A stretch of DNA of 27,047 nt, from positions 1 to 27,047 of the forward strand of contig CAYVGZ010000008.1 in NCBI GenBank assembly GCA_964450845.1, read 5' to 3'. The notes under the pieces were generated by a model. The model had not been told where the DNA came from and did no database searches. It worked only from the letters and a program-made list of their open reading frames with translations. The translations under genes were made by a program, and so were the position numbers. Source of the stretch: an uncultured Candidatus Bathyarchaeia archaeon. Lineage in GTDB: Archaea; Thermoproteota; Bathyarchaeia; Bathyarchaeales; Bathycorpusculaceae. Of the stretch, positions 8,467 to 17,903 are shown piece after piece; position 1 is the stretch's first letter, and each line of letters begins with the position of its first letter.

Positions 8467-9792
8467 TTGAAAGAGACTGAACACACTACTAAATGGAGGA
8501 AAACCTCTTTGGATGCTCTCAGAGAAAAATTGCGAATTAAAGAAGGCAATTTAAAGGAAATTAACGATTTTCTTTTGAGAAAAGACAGTCCCCTAACGAA
8601 TGGACTATTCAAAATTATTGAAAAATATGGCGGCATTGAAAATATCAACCGTAAAGCCAAAGAAGCACGCAAACTCGAAAACCTCATGAAACGACTTGAA
8701 AAGAAAAAATCTCCCTATGTGAAAGACCTTGAGTGGCTGATTAAACAGCGCGACAAAGAAGCCTTCATCAGCATATCAGATTACCGCAGAAAAATTTTGG
8801 GCAGTAAAGCGGATTCCACAAAGTTTGACGAAACTTTCGCCGTTACATTGGAGATTAGTGCCCTTAACTTTTTCCCATGGTTAGTAGAAGAGGCGAAAAA
8901 GGCTATTGCCCAGCAAGACCTAATGCCAGCCCGTTACATCCGCGTCCGCAACATGAAAGAACAGGTTGAAGATGATGACATTCTGGCGTTTCCAGCAGCA
9001 ATGCAGATTATAGGAGCTTCTTACGTGCAAACACTAGACACTAAAGGAACACTGCCTGGATCAGACGGCAAACCCATTAACGTTCATTTGGGAGGCCCAG
9101 AAACCATCACTGGCTATTTTGGAGGAGTAGGCGTGCCAAACGAGTATGCTTTGAAGTGGGTTGATGAATTTCTTTATTATTATACTGAATATGGTGTTCA
9201 GCAAGTTTTGAATGTAAATGCAGGAACAGTGATGCTGGGGTATTGGTTGTATAAACTTGGAATTGATGTGGAATTTAAGATATCAGTCTATGCAGGCAAT
9301 GATAATCCCTACTTCATTTTTTGGACTTTGATGACTGCAAAACTTTTCAGCCGAGAAGATGGAACAACTCCGCTTATCGGGTTTAACCTTTCAAACTCTG
9401 TTAACAATCAAACAATTGAGCTGTCAGCCTACATTAGGAAAGCCTTCAGCTTTGAGGACATTGTCCGCATTGAGCATCACATTGTGGAAACACAAAAAAG
9501 TATTGTGAGACAACCTTACGACCGCCTTAACGAACTCCTAGAACTAGCCGATCATGTCAAAAATATAAGCGCCAAACATGAAGGTGGAATCCCTGAAGTT
9601 GATAAAAACCGAGAACACCCTTCTGACATCTTGGAATATTTTATACCTAAAAAAGAAATAATTGAAAAGGGATTAATGCCGAAACTCTTGGGCAATTACT
9701 TGGACAAACACGACGCAGTAAACAGAACAGCTAAAGCTCTAACTGAAAGAGGCTTAACGTTTATTGCAGCTCAAAACTTGCACAAAAAATAA
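8467..9792 (+). CDS. Uncharacterised 441-aa protein with enzyme-like motifs
   Basis: Long clean ORF divergent from pepF, with Gly/His/acidic-rich motifs HLGGPETITGYFGG, GNDNP, EHH and KHEGG. No family I can name. Confidence 0.85.
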   Translation: MKETEHTTKWRKTSLDALREKLRIKEGNLKEINDFLLRKDSPLTNGLFKIIEKYGGIENINRKAKEARKLENLMKRLEKKKSPYVKDLEWLIKQRDKEAFISISDYRRKILGSKADSTKFDETFAVTLEISALNFFPWLVEEAKKAIAQQDLMPARYIRVRNMKEQVEDDDILAFPAAMQIIGASYVQTLDTKGTLPGSDGKPINVHLGGPETITGYFGGVGVPNEYALKWVDEFLYYYTEYGVQQVLNVNAGTVMLGYWLYKLGIDVEFKISVYAGNDNPYFIFWTLMTAKLFSREDGTTPLIGFNLSNSVNNQTIELSAYIRKAFSFEDIVRIEHHIVETQKSIVRQPYDRLNELLELADHVKNISAKHEGGIPEVDKNREHPSDILEYFIPKKEIIEKGLMPKLLGNYLDKHDAVNRTAKALTERGLTFIAAQNLHKK

Positions 9793-9806
9793 AGGGGGAA
9801 GAAACG

Positions 9807-10025
9807 CTACCAACTTTCTCTAGGTTTTCGGAAGACAAAGTAAAGCGTTGTGGCTACGAAGAAAACTGTTGTAACTGCTAAGATGCCTACTGCCATTCTT
9901 GTGTTACCGAGTTCATTTGAACCTCCTTGAAGTTCCCGCAATGTCTCATTCAAATTTTCTGGAGTCAAATCTTTATGGAAATAATTCCAGAAGGTTTGGT
10001 TAAGCTGCTCAAAAGTGCTGTTCAA
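9807..10025 (-). CDS. C-terminal membrane-anchor fragment, probably frameshifted from the 10009-10548 gene
   Basis: Overlaps the upstream ORF by 17 nt, continues its heptad pattern (LNSTFEQLNQTF) and ends in a TM helix plus RKP tail. Confidence 0.55.
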   Translation of the reverse strand: MNSTFEQLNQTFWNYFHKDLTPENLNETLRELQGGSNELGNTRMAVGILAVTTVFFVATTLYFVFRKPRESW

Positions 10026-10548
10026 GTTGCTCTTCGACTGTTTCTAAATAAACGTTTTTAACAAGGGTCATGTAAAAACCAAGTGTCAAGTCTTCATATG
10101 TTATTGTTGTTTCTGTTTGGATATTACCTTGTTGTATGACGTATGTTACATCATATGTTAACGTGATTTCCCAATGAGTTACACCCCAAACTTGTTCGGG
10201 AACCGTGAAATTGAGCACGTATAGCCTTGCATTATTGAGTGGAAAGTCATTGTCAGTTATATTAATCAACATGGTTTTTTCTGTGCCGTTTATTAAGCCG
10301 AAAACGCTAAAATTGAAATATTTTAGGTTAACTTCTTCCTCCAGTGGATTTATGGTTATTTTGACAGTGATGTTTTCGTTTGGCTGGGTTTCTACTGTAG
10401 CGTTGACGGTTATTTTTATTCCTGGAATTTCACGGTCGAAGAATATTTGCATATTTTCCGTCAGTTCTTGTCCTTTCACTCCACAGAGTATCGCGGATGT
10501 GAGAGTAAAGATGATCAAGATCAAAGCTAGTTTCCTTATGTTCTTCAT
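10009..10548 (-). CDS. Secreted or surface protein with signal peptide; N-terminal part of a probable split gene
   Basis: Basic N-terminus plus hydrophobic h-region (MKNIRKLALILIIFTLTSAILCGVKG), beta-rich body, many N-x-S/T sequons, and GGTGA upstream. Confidence 0.7.
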   Translation of the reverse strand: MKNIRKLALILIIFTLTSAILCGVKGQELTENMQIFFDREIPGIKITVNATVETQPNENITVKITINPLEEEVNLKYFNFSVFGLINGTEKTMLINITDNDFPLNNARLYVLNFTVPEQVWGVTHWEITLTYDVTYVIQQGNIQTETTITYEDLTLGFYMTLVKNVYLETVEEQLEQHF

Positions 10549-10674
10549 TATTTCACCTTCAAATTTTGAAAATCATTGACTGAGTTTAATCGAAGTTTAT
10601 TTAATACTTTCTATTGCTTCCTTTGCTGTTAGCGTTTTTCAAAAAGGTTTTTTAAATTTTATGTTTAACATCGG

Positions 10675-10914
10675 CTATCGTATTGAGCGGATAAAGCGTT
10701 GGTACATGTACACGAAATAAACAAGAGCAAAAACTGTCAAAATTATTTCAAATATTAGAATTGCGGGGTTGCTTTCCACAGCCATGAAATATCCATGTTG
10801 AAGTATGTCCGTGAAAACTAGAATTTGGAGGAATATGGCGCCGCCTAAGCAGCTTAAGCCTAAAGTGTGGAAGAGAACTCGCATTCGACGGTCAAGCTTT
10901 GCATCGGCTTTCAT
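10675..10914 (-). CDS. Small two-TM membrane protein
   Basis: 79-aa ATG ORF with two clear hydrophobic helices. Confidence 0.7.
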   Translation of the reverse strand: MKADAKLDRRMRVLFHTLGLSCLGGAIFLQILVFTDILQHGYFMAVESNPAILIFEIILTVFALVYFVYMYQRFIRSIR

Positions 10915-11156
10915 TTTATATCGTGTATAGCAAGAGTTGATACGTTAACTTATAGGTTATGAATCCCCACATACGACAAAACCTAATGATTATGTTTTCT
11001 GATTCTGACTTAGGCTTCTAAAACTCTTCTAAATAAACATTAACGCCTTTGAAGCGACAGCGAGAATTCGGATTCTGAAGCCTAGTTATATCGCAGTGTG
11101 AAATAAAGTATTATTTATTCAGATACAATATACTACACAAAAAGGAGTTAGAAAAC

Positions 11157-11447
11157 ATGGTAAGCATATTCAGGAAAAAGGAAGCCAATGAGCCGTGTAT
11201 TAGCATAGAAGAACCCTTAGTGATTTTGAGAGAGTTAGAAAAGGAAGAAGTCTCTCTGATGGAAGAGAAACGAGAGTTATTAACTTTAAAAGAGAAACTG
11301 CAGCTTAAGGCTAACGAAAAAATTGAAATCATGAGACTCAGAACGCAGACATTAAAAAGTGACATATCAGAATTAAGGCGCCAATGCGAAGAACTAGAAA
11401 AAATCGTATCCTCAACTAACAATTCTCAAACAACATCCATTTCTTAA
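11157..11447 (+). CDS. Small coiled-coil protein
   Basis: AAGGAG upstream of the ATG; E/K/L-rich heptads over aa ~23-85. Confidence 0.7.
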   Translation: MVSIFRKKEANEPCISIEEPLVILRELEKEEVSLMEEKRELLTLKEKLQLKANEKIEIMRLRTQTLKSDISELRRQCEELEKIVSSTNNSQTTSIS

Positions 11448-11457
11448 GATGCACACG

Positions 11458-12369
11458 TTAGTCGCTTAGCTTCTTTACAGCGTCTTTTATTGTTGAGACA
11501 GAGTTTTCAAGGCATTTCCTTGTTTCTGGCATTAATTCGAGCTCCAAAATTCTTTCAATGCCATTTCTTCCGAGAATCACTGGTACACCAATTGAAACGT
11601 CTGAAAATCCGTATTCACCCTGTAAATACGTAGAAACACTCACCACTCTGTTTCTACCCCTAAGAATGGCGTCCGCCATAATTCCGATGACTGCTGCCGG
11701 CGCATAAATTGTTGATCCCTTAAGTTTAATGACATCAGAACCCGAAGTTATCGTTAAACTAACTATTTTGTCAATTTGCTTTTTCTTAAGCAAACACGTT
11801 ATGGGTATTCCCGAAACAGAAGCATATTCGACAAGAGGAACCATAGAATCACCATGCTCGCCTATGACTAAGGCGCGAACATCTTCTCTCGAAACATTCA
11901 GTTCCAAGGCAATGCAAGATCGGAAACGCAAAGTATCCAAGACGTTGCCCATTCCAAAAACCCGATTTCTCTCGAAGCCTGATTCTTTGTAGGCTATGTA
12001 TGTCATAATGTCAACTGGATTTGTCACAATCATGAGTTTGCATTCGGGAGCATACTTCACAACTTCCTTCACTATGGATTTAACTATCTTTGCATTTTTA
12101 TTCACAAGGTCAATTCTTGTCATTCCAGGTTTTCTCGCTTCGCCCGCAGTTATAATCACTATTTCTGAGCCTTGCATTTCGCTGAAATCGCTGGTTCCCT
12201 TTATTTTTCCATCAAACTCTATTGCAGGCGCAGTTTGCATCATGTCAAGTGCTTCGCCCTTTGCCAAATTTTCAAAAATGTCTATTAGAACAACATCGCT
12301 AATTCTATACCTTAAAATGTTGAATGCTGCAGCGCTTCCAACTTTTCCCGCACCAATTATAGTTATCAT
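11458..12369 (-). CDS. mdh: Malate dehydrogenase (LDH-like MDH)
   Basis: GAGKVG Rossmann motif, ARKPGMTR (Arg at the MDH specificity position), VTNPVD, LDTLR and GEHGDS. Confidence 0.92.
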   Translation of the reverse strand: MITIIGAGKVGSAAAFNILRYRISDVVLIDIFENLAKGEALDMMQTAPAIEFDGKIKGTSDFSEMQGSEIVIITAGEARKPGMTRIDLVNKNAKIVKSIVKEVVKYAPECKLMIVTNPVDIMTYIAYKESGFERNRVFGMGNVLDTLRFRSCIALELNVSREDVRALVIGEHGDSMVPLVEYASVSGIPITCLLKKKQIDKIVSLTITSGSDVIKLKGSTIYAPAAVIGIMADAILRGRNRVVSVSTYLQGEYGFSDVSIGVPVILGRNGIERILELELMPETRKCLENSVSTIKDAVKKLSD

Positions 12370-12400
12370 AGCGTTTGAAGACTAAGTTGTTTCAATTAAT

Positions 12401-12409
12401 TATATTTAA
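12401..12409 (-). promoter_or_regulatory. Putative TATA box (TTAAATATA) of mdh
   Basis: Lies about 32 nt upstream of ATG 12369 on the minus strand. Confidence 0.5.
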
Positions 12410-12563
12410 CTGCAAAACTCGGTAAATCATGCATTTAGAAAGTTACGAAAAAATTGACTACACAACATAATTAGCTGAAAATAAAATTGCACAGGGCGAA
12501 AATGCTGCTGAATTTGTTTACGAGAAAAGACTTTACAATAAATAAGAGACTGTGCTGAAGTTC

Positions 12564-13898
12564 TTAGAGGTTGTAACCTTTACGTTTCTCGGTCAGAATC
12601 ACCTGACCTTTTAGATTTTGCATAAATTTGGCGAATAATTCTGCGTTCTCCGTGTGCACTGGAAAGACTTTTGATGCGTTTATTTCTTTAAGAATTGCCT
12701 TCAGTTGCAAAGGCATGATGTGTCCTGAGACATGCACGTGGTACTGCGGCAACCCATAATGCCCAAGCCAATTAACAAGCCTTTCAAAATCAATCTCCAT
12801 CTCCTCATTAAACGGTTCAGAAGCAGATAAAACAAAGCAACTGCCTGCTTTTGGCTGGATTTCGACAAGTTCCTCCAAATCATAAAATGACATAGCCAAG
12901 ACGGCATTGCATTGCCTTTTCGAAACTTCGAACACATCAACAATCTTGTTTGGATACTGGTTCATTATTTGATTTTCCCACTTGTCATATTTTTTCTTCG
13001 ACTTTCGAAAAATCAAAATGCTCTCATCGTTTAAGTTTGGAATTCTTAAGCCTTTATCTCTATGCAGTGCGTTCAGCAAATAGGCTTGTCTAAGTGAAAC
13101 AGCAAGGCACCGTCCATTCTTCTTGGCTATTCGATAAAATGAATTCAGTCTATCAACATCTGTATAGGCAAAATCAGCCAGCACAATACCATCTGCCTGC
13201 CCAACAATGCTGTCTAGTTTATTTTCAACTTCAACTTCCGAAGAAACAGATGCGCCCCTCATGTTCGTAGCTTCAGTAACAACAGCCACAGGCTCCGCTT
13301 CTTTGGCTTTCTCAACAAAATCAAACGTCATTTCAGGTTTTGCTCCATGCGCCCTAAAATCTCCAGTGTAGACAACAGCACCATTAGTGGTGTGGACAAT
13401 GAAGCCGTAGGCACCTGGAACAGAATGGTCAACGTGAATCGGCTCAATTTTCAGATGGTCTATAGTGATGCTATCGCCTGTTCTGAAAGGCTTAAAAGCT
13501 ATGTTTTCAACATTGAACTCAAAATCCGCCCTACGTATTTCACTTAACGCTTGCAAAATAATCTTTGTTGTTTCACCGCAGTATATGGGGATTTCACGGT
13601 TTATGAAAGATATGTAGGCAGAATGGTCCATGTGTGCATGCGAAATAAAAACAGCGTCGATTTCAGGAGACTTTTCACCAGTGTATATGCCTTCAATTTT
13701 TGGCAGAATCCCAAACTCTTGCAAACTTTTTTCGCTTTTTGGCGAAAGAAAAGGAGGAGAATAATACTGCTTCTTCAAAGCAAAAGACGTGCCAAAATCA
13801 AAGAAAACTTTGACATCCCTGTCTTGAAGTAGAATTTTGTTTCCGCCGATTTCGTTCACTCCACCGTAAAAGGTCAGAGTTGTTTGATGCTTAACCAT
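12564..13898 (-). CDS. Metallo-beta-lactamase/beta-CASP ribonuclease, RNase J-like
   Basis: EIGGN, HAHMDH, HSVPG, YTGDF, HVSGH and PVHTE motifs; the length fits archaeal RNase J-type proteins. Confidence 0.8.
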   Translation of the reverse strand: MVKHQTTLTFYGGVNEIGGNKILLQDRDVKVFFDFGTSFALKKQYYSPPFLSPKSEKSLQEFGILPKIEGIYTGEKSPEIDAVFISHAHMDHSAYISFINREIPIYCGETTKIILQALSEIRRADFEFNVENIAFKPFRTGDSITIDHLKIEPIHVDHSVPGAYGFIVHTTNGAVVYTGDFRAHGAKPEMTFDFVEKAKEAEPVAVVTEATNMRGASVSSEVEVENKLDSIVGQADGIVLADFAYTDVDRLNSFYRIAKKNGRCLAVSLRQAYLLNALHRDKGLRIPNLNDESILIFRKSKKKYDKWENQIMNQYPNKIVDVFEVSKRQCNAVLAMSFYDLEELVEIQPKAGSCFVLSASEPFNEEMEIDFERLVNWLGHYGLPQYHVHVSGHIMPLQLKAILKEINASKVFPVHTENAELFAKFMQNLKGQVILTEKRKGYNL

Positions 13899-13900
13899 TC

Positions 13901-15604
13901 CTATTCCTTCAATTTACCGGCTTTCTTGCAGATGTTGGAAATAACAAAGATTATGTGTGGAAATGTGAATACACTGAAAACTTTTGTGTATTTTGGATTT
14001 CCAGCCTCTTTAAAAATTCCAGCGTTTCCTCCAGCCTTCAAATAACCCTCAATAAAAGCCTTTGCAATAACCTCGGTTGACCGCACACCAACAAACGGTG
14101 AAACGTAGTGCCCAGCATAATACAAAAACTCTGCAACATCCCAAGCTTTGTCACCATTCCGGGAAGCCTGCTCAAAATCCAACAAGCAAATTTCACCGTT
14201 TTTCCCAATCATAATGTTTTCAGGTTTTGTGTCGCCCAAAGCGATGCCGAGAGCATGTACTTCAGCAAATTTTTCGCCCACCCTCCTTATGATGCTTAGG
14301 TCATTCTTCGTTTCGCCACTCTTTGAATTCATGATTCTTCTTATTACTTTTTCAATGCTTTCGCCTTCCACATACTCCATGAAAACTAAGCGTTCAGCAT
14401 GATTTACATATAGAAGCTTTGGAACAGTGAAACCCTTCGAGTACAAAAGTTGGTTTATGACGCATTCTCTTTCAAGTCTTGAACGCCCCAAAACAGCAAA
14501 AGTTCTAGTACCAACAGTCCATAATGTAAGCGGAAACCATTTGAAACTTGACCAGTCTTTAAACCTTTTAACAACAATCCTTCTTTCTTCGCCATTTATG
14601 CAAGTCCTAATTAGAAATGCGTCATTTAAAACACCGCCAATCTTCTCAATACCGATTTCCGCATCCTTGCCTACGGAAAAGGCCTTCCTTGCAAAGGCTT
14701 CAATATCGACTTTGCTCGCTAACGGAACAAGCCCGCTGGCGGTGGGAACATATAGATAGCGTTGAGGGTCCTCAATTTGATGAATAATTTTCGAGTTTTC
14801 CTCAGTTACGCGCTGAAGTTTAAGAAATATCTCTTTGTTCTCTGAAAGAAGACTCAGGATTTTTGGAAATATGCCAAGTGAAGATGTAAACAAGGCCTTC
14901 TGTGCGGGTTTAAAGAGATTTATGAATCGAGCTTTTCGGCTTCTGGTTTTATCCACAAAACTTTTGGAGATTTTCACGTAACCTTTAGAAAAATTGATTA
15001 GTTTTTCTTCTTCTAACTCTTTTAAAGCCTCTAAGTATCCACGAAGAACGTTTTTTATGTTTTCCTTTTTAACATTTTCCAGCGTAAAATTCAGCAAATT
15101 GTATATCATTGGTGGAAAAAGTCGGGCTCTGCTAAGCATGGTTTCATACATGAAATAGTGAGGTCTTATGTGAATCTCGTATGAAAGTTCTGGGAAATCT
15201 AAAACAAGGTTTTCCAAAAGTTCGAGAGTTAAGCGTTTTTTCAATTTAACTTCTTGAACGTGCAAGTAAACGTCGTTAAGTAGGGGTTTGTATGGAAAAA
15301 TTAGTCCGCCAGCTAAGGCTTCGCCCAGAAATCCTCTGTCAACATCTCTTTCAAATACCCACTCGTCAACAGCAAAAACAAAAATCCGCTTTTCACCAGA
15401 GACCTTGACATAATTCATGAGTCTGGGCTGGAAATCGTGAATTACAAGTAAAACTTCTACTGGTGTTTTCGCATTGGATATTCCTAGAGCGTAATGACTG
15501 CATATGCATGCGGCTGTAATGTCGTAAGGACCAGCGATGTGTCTGCAAAAGTTGAGGATTTGCTCAGATAGCTTCTTGTCCGATTGTTTTGGATGCTGAA
15601 GCAA
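13901..15604 (-). CDS. Fusion of a degenerate nucleotidyltransferase-like domain and an atypical (Bud32/Kdo/RIO-like) kinase
   Basis: C-terminal kinase motifs VVKRF, VPKLL, MEYVEG, GDTKPEN and LLDFEQ. The N-terminal region has NTase-like topology without intact GS/DxD. Confidence 0.75.
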   Translation of the reverse strand: MLQHPKQSDKKLSEQILNFCRHIAGPYDITAACICSHYALGISNAKTPVEVLLVIHDFQPRLMNYVKVSGEKRIFVFAVDEWVFERDVDRGFLGEALAGGLIFPYKPLLNDVYLHVQEVKLKKRLTLELLENLVLDFPELSYEIHIRPHYFMYETMLSRARLFPPMIYNLLNFTLENVKKENIKNVLRGYLEALKELEEEKLINFSKGYVKISKSFVDKTRSRKARFINLFKPAQKALFTSSLGIFPKILSLLSENKEIFLKLQRVTEENSKIIHQIEDPQRYLYVPTASGLVPLASKVDIEAFARKAFSVGKDAEIGIEKIGGVLNDAFLIRTCINGEERRIVVKRFKDWSSFKWFPLTLWTVGTRTFAVLGRSRLERECVINQLLYSKGFTVPKLLYVNHAERLVFMEYVEGESIEKVIRRIMNSKSGETKNDLSIIRRVGEKFAEVHALGIALGDTKPENIMIGKNGEICLLDFEQASRNGDKAWDVAEFLYYAGHYVSPFVGVRSTEVIAKAFIEGYLKAGGNAGIFKEAGNPKYTKVFSVFTFPHIIFVISNICKKAGKLKE

Positions 15605-15663
15605 GTTTTCACCTAAATGAAAGCGACAACCACAAATAGAATCTATAACCCTGCAAAATATAG

Positions 15664-17037
15664 TTAACCCTTTTCAACAATCTTGCAATAAATTCTCAAA
15701 ATTTTTAGGGCTTTAACGGCTTTTTCTGGCAAATTATACAACGGAACATTTGTGTTGCCCAACACCTTGTATACTAGTGCAAAGTCTTCTCCGCCTGCGG
15801 GTACATCCACAACTGGCTTGTCTGGATGTTTTGCTGCTATCTTTGGAATAACTTTGGCGTCTTTTGGTTCGAAGAAGCAAGACTTAAGCATGTTTAATAT
15901 TAAAACTCCGTCAACGTTTTTGTCTGCGAGCACAAGCTCCAACACTTTCTCATATCGATCGACTCTGGCGTCAGCTATCATATCTATGGGATTAGTCGCG
16001 TCGACGCCGGGATACAAACTTTCGATTTCCGTTTTAGTCTTTTTAGATAGAGTGGCAAGTTTCAAGTCGTTTCTCACAACTGCGTCTGCAGCCAGTATTG
16101 CTGGTCCGCCTACATTGCTTACGATAGCCACATTGTCCCCTTGCATTGGCGGCTGTTTGGAAAGAGCGATAGCCGCGTCCATCAACTCTTCTATGTTTTC
16201 AACTCTTATTATTCCGGCTTTTTTGAAGGCTGCATCAAAAATTTCGTCTGAACCAGCTATCGAAGCCGTGTGTGACTTGGCTCTTTGTGCTGATTCTTGT
16301 GTTATTCCGCCTTTTACGGCGAGTATGGGTTCTTTCTTTACGATTTTTCTTGCTTCTTCTATGAATTTTCTTCCGTTCTTTATTCCCTCCATGTATAGGC
16401 ATATGACCCTTGTATCTCTGTCTTTTCTGAAATATTGCAGTAAGTCCACGTCGTCCACGTCTATTTTGTCTCCCATGAAAGCAAATTTGCTTACGCCAAT
16501 GTTGTAAAAACATGCCCAATCAAGTATGCATGCACCAACTCCACCGCTTTGCGATATGACTGAAATGTTTCCCTTTTTAGGCATAACATTTCTTTCAAAG
16601 GTTGTATTTAACCCATTGACAGTGTTTATTACGCCCATAATCGTGTTGGGTCCCAAAATTCTAATGCCATACTCTTCTTTAAGTTTAAGCAGTTGTTGAC
16701 GCTGCTGGTTTTTGTATCCGCCAGTAATCAAGACAACGGCTTTGACGCCCATCTTTGCGCATTTTTGCGCTTGAACAATAGACTGCTTAGGCGGAAGCAT
16801 CACTACTGCAAGCTCAGGAACTGCAGGCAGTTTATCCAGTTTATTATAGTCTGTTTTTCCATCTAAGTCCATAATGTATGCTTTTCCGCGGAAAAATTTC
16901 TTCATGTTGTAAATGACATCTCTGAAAAGCTGAGGAGACGTCATCCCAACTTTTTCCTGAACCACGCTTGAACCAATTAGGACAACCTTTCGCGGTTCAA
17001 AGATAGCCTTCACTTCATCCATTGATTTAACCTTCAA
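15664..17037 (-). CDS. acdA: ADP-forming acyl/acetate-CoA ligase alpha subunit (CoA-binding protein)
   Basis: ILGPNTIMG, SQSGG, LYMEG, phospho-His motif SHTASIAG, GGPAILAAD and NPIDM. Confidence 0.8.
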   Translation of the reverse strand: MKVKSMDEVKAIFEPRKVVLIGSSVVQEKVGMTSPQLFRDVIYNMKKFFRGKAYIMDLDGKTDYNKLDKLPAVPELAVVMLPPKQSIVQAQKCAKMGVKAVVLITGGYKNQQRQQLLKLKEEYGIRILGPNTIMGVINTVNGLNTTFERNVMPKKGNISVISQSGGVGACILDWACFYNIGVSKFAFMGDKIDVDDVDLLQYFRKDRDTRVICLYMEGIKNGRKFIEEARKIVKKEPILAVKGGITQESAQRAKSHTASIAGSDEIFDAAFKKAGIIRVENIEELMDAAIALSKQPPMQGDNVAIVSNVGGPAILAADAVVRNDLKLATLSKKTKTEIESLYPGVDATNPIDMIADARVDRYEKVLELVLADKNVDGVLILNMLKSCFFEPKDAKVIPKIAAKHPDKPVVDVPAGGEDFALVYKVLGNTNVPLYNLPEKAVKALKILRIYCKIVEKG

Positions 17038-17117
17038 ACTGAGCTTGTTAAGATGAGAAAGAAAGAAAATATGTCATTCATATTCATAAATTTAACCCAT
17101 CTGAATTGTGGGGAATG

Positions 17118-17903
17118 CTACTTTTGCGTGACTTTCATGTACGCGAAAGTGGCAATCAAGGCGCAAACTAACGCGAATAACGTTATGTCTAAGAGCATAT
17201 AAGGCGTGAACTCTGGGTATCCCAAAAGGAAAGCCCTAGACAAGTCAGCACCGCAGCTTAGAGGGTTGTACTGCGCTATTAATACAAGCGGGTTGGGCAA
17301 GGCTTCTTGTATTAGAATCATTGGATAAAACACTGTGCTGCAGAAGAAAAGTACATAGTAGACTACGCCTCTAGCGGTAATGTATTTTTCGAAACTTTTT
17401 GTTGAAACTGCAAGTGTTATGCTAAGTCCTGAAGTTCCAATGGAGATAAGAAGCAAGGCGGCGATAATAACCAATAAATGTAGTGCAGAGGGAACTATGT
17501 TTGCATAGATGTACGTTATGACAAGGGTTGTTAGAAGAAGAGGAGCCATATAAACAACTCCTCTTAGACCGCCTGCCAAAGTTCTTCCCAAAGCTAGCTC
17601 CCATCTTTTTATTGGCAAGCTTAGCATGTAATCCGAAATTTCGCGTCTGACTTCCATGTTTATTTCTCTTCCAATCATAAAGGCCGCAGCGAAAAGTGCC
17701 GTGATGGTTAGACCTGGAGCGAAGAAAACAAAATATGAGACATACTCTTCTGTGATAATTGGGTTAACCATCCTCGTGTAAACTATTGCCATTATGAAGA
17801 GGTCTGCAAGGTTCATACTTATCATGCCAGCTATCCACCATTTGTAGCGAAAGAAATACCTGAAATCCCTCTCTACAACGCGTAATATCGCCTTTACTGC
17901 CAA
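17118..17903 (-). CDS. ABC-2 type exporter permease
   Basis: Six hydrophobic helices, PG motif, E...LP..R.EL..GR, FCSTVFYP and NPL. Overlaps the upstream permease by 10 nt. Confidence 0.88.
   Translation of the reverse strand: MAVKAILRVVERDFRYFFRYKWWIAGMISMNLADLFIMAIVYTRMVNPIITEEYVSYFVFFAPGLTITALFAAAFMIGREINMEVRREISDYMLSLPIKRWELALGRTLAGGLRGVVYMAPLLLTTLVITYIYANIVPSALHLLVIIAALLLISIGTSGLSITLAVSTKSFEKYITARGVVYYVLFFCSTVFYPMILIQEALPNPLVLIAQYNPLSCGADLSRAFLLGYPEFTPYMLLDITLFALVCALIATFAYMKVTQK

Noticed and set aside
8467-9792. KHEGG resembling the KIEGR motif of U32-family proteins
   Set aside because: A single short motif; the Fe-S-binding cysteines of U32 proteins are absent (the protein has no Cys).
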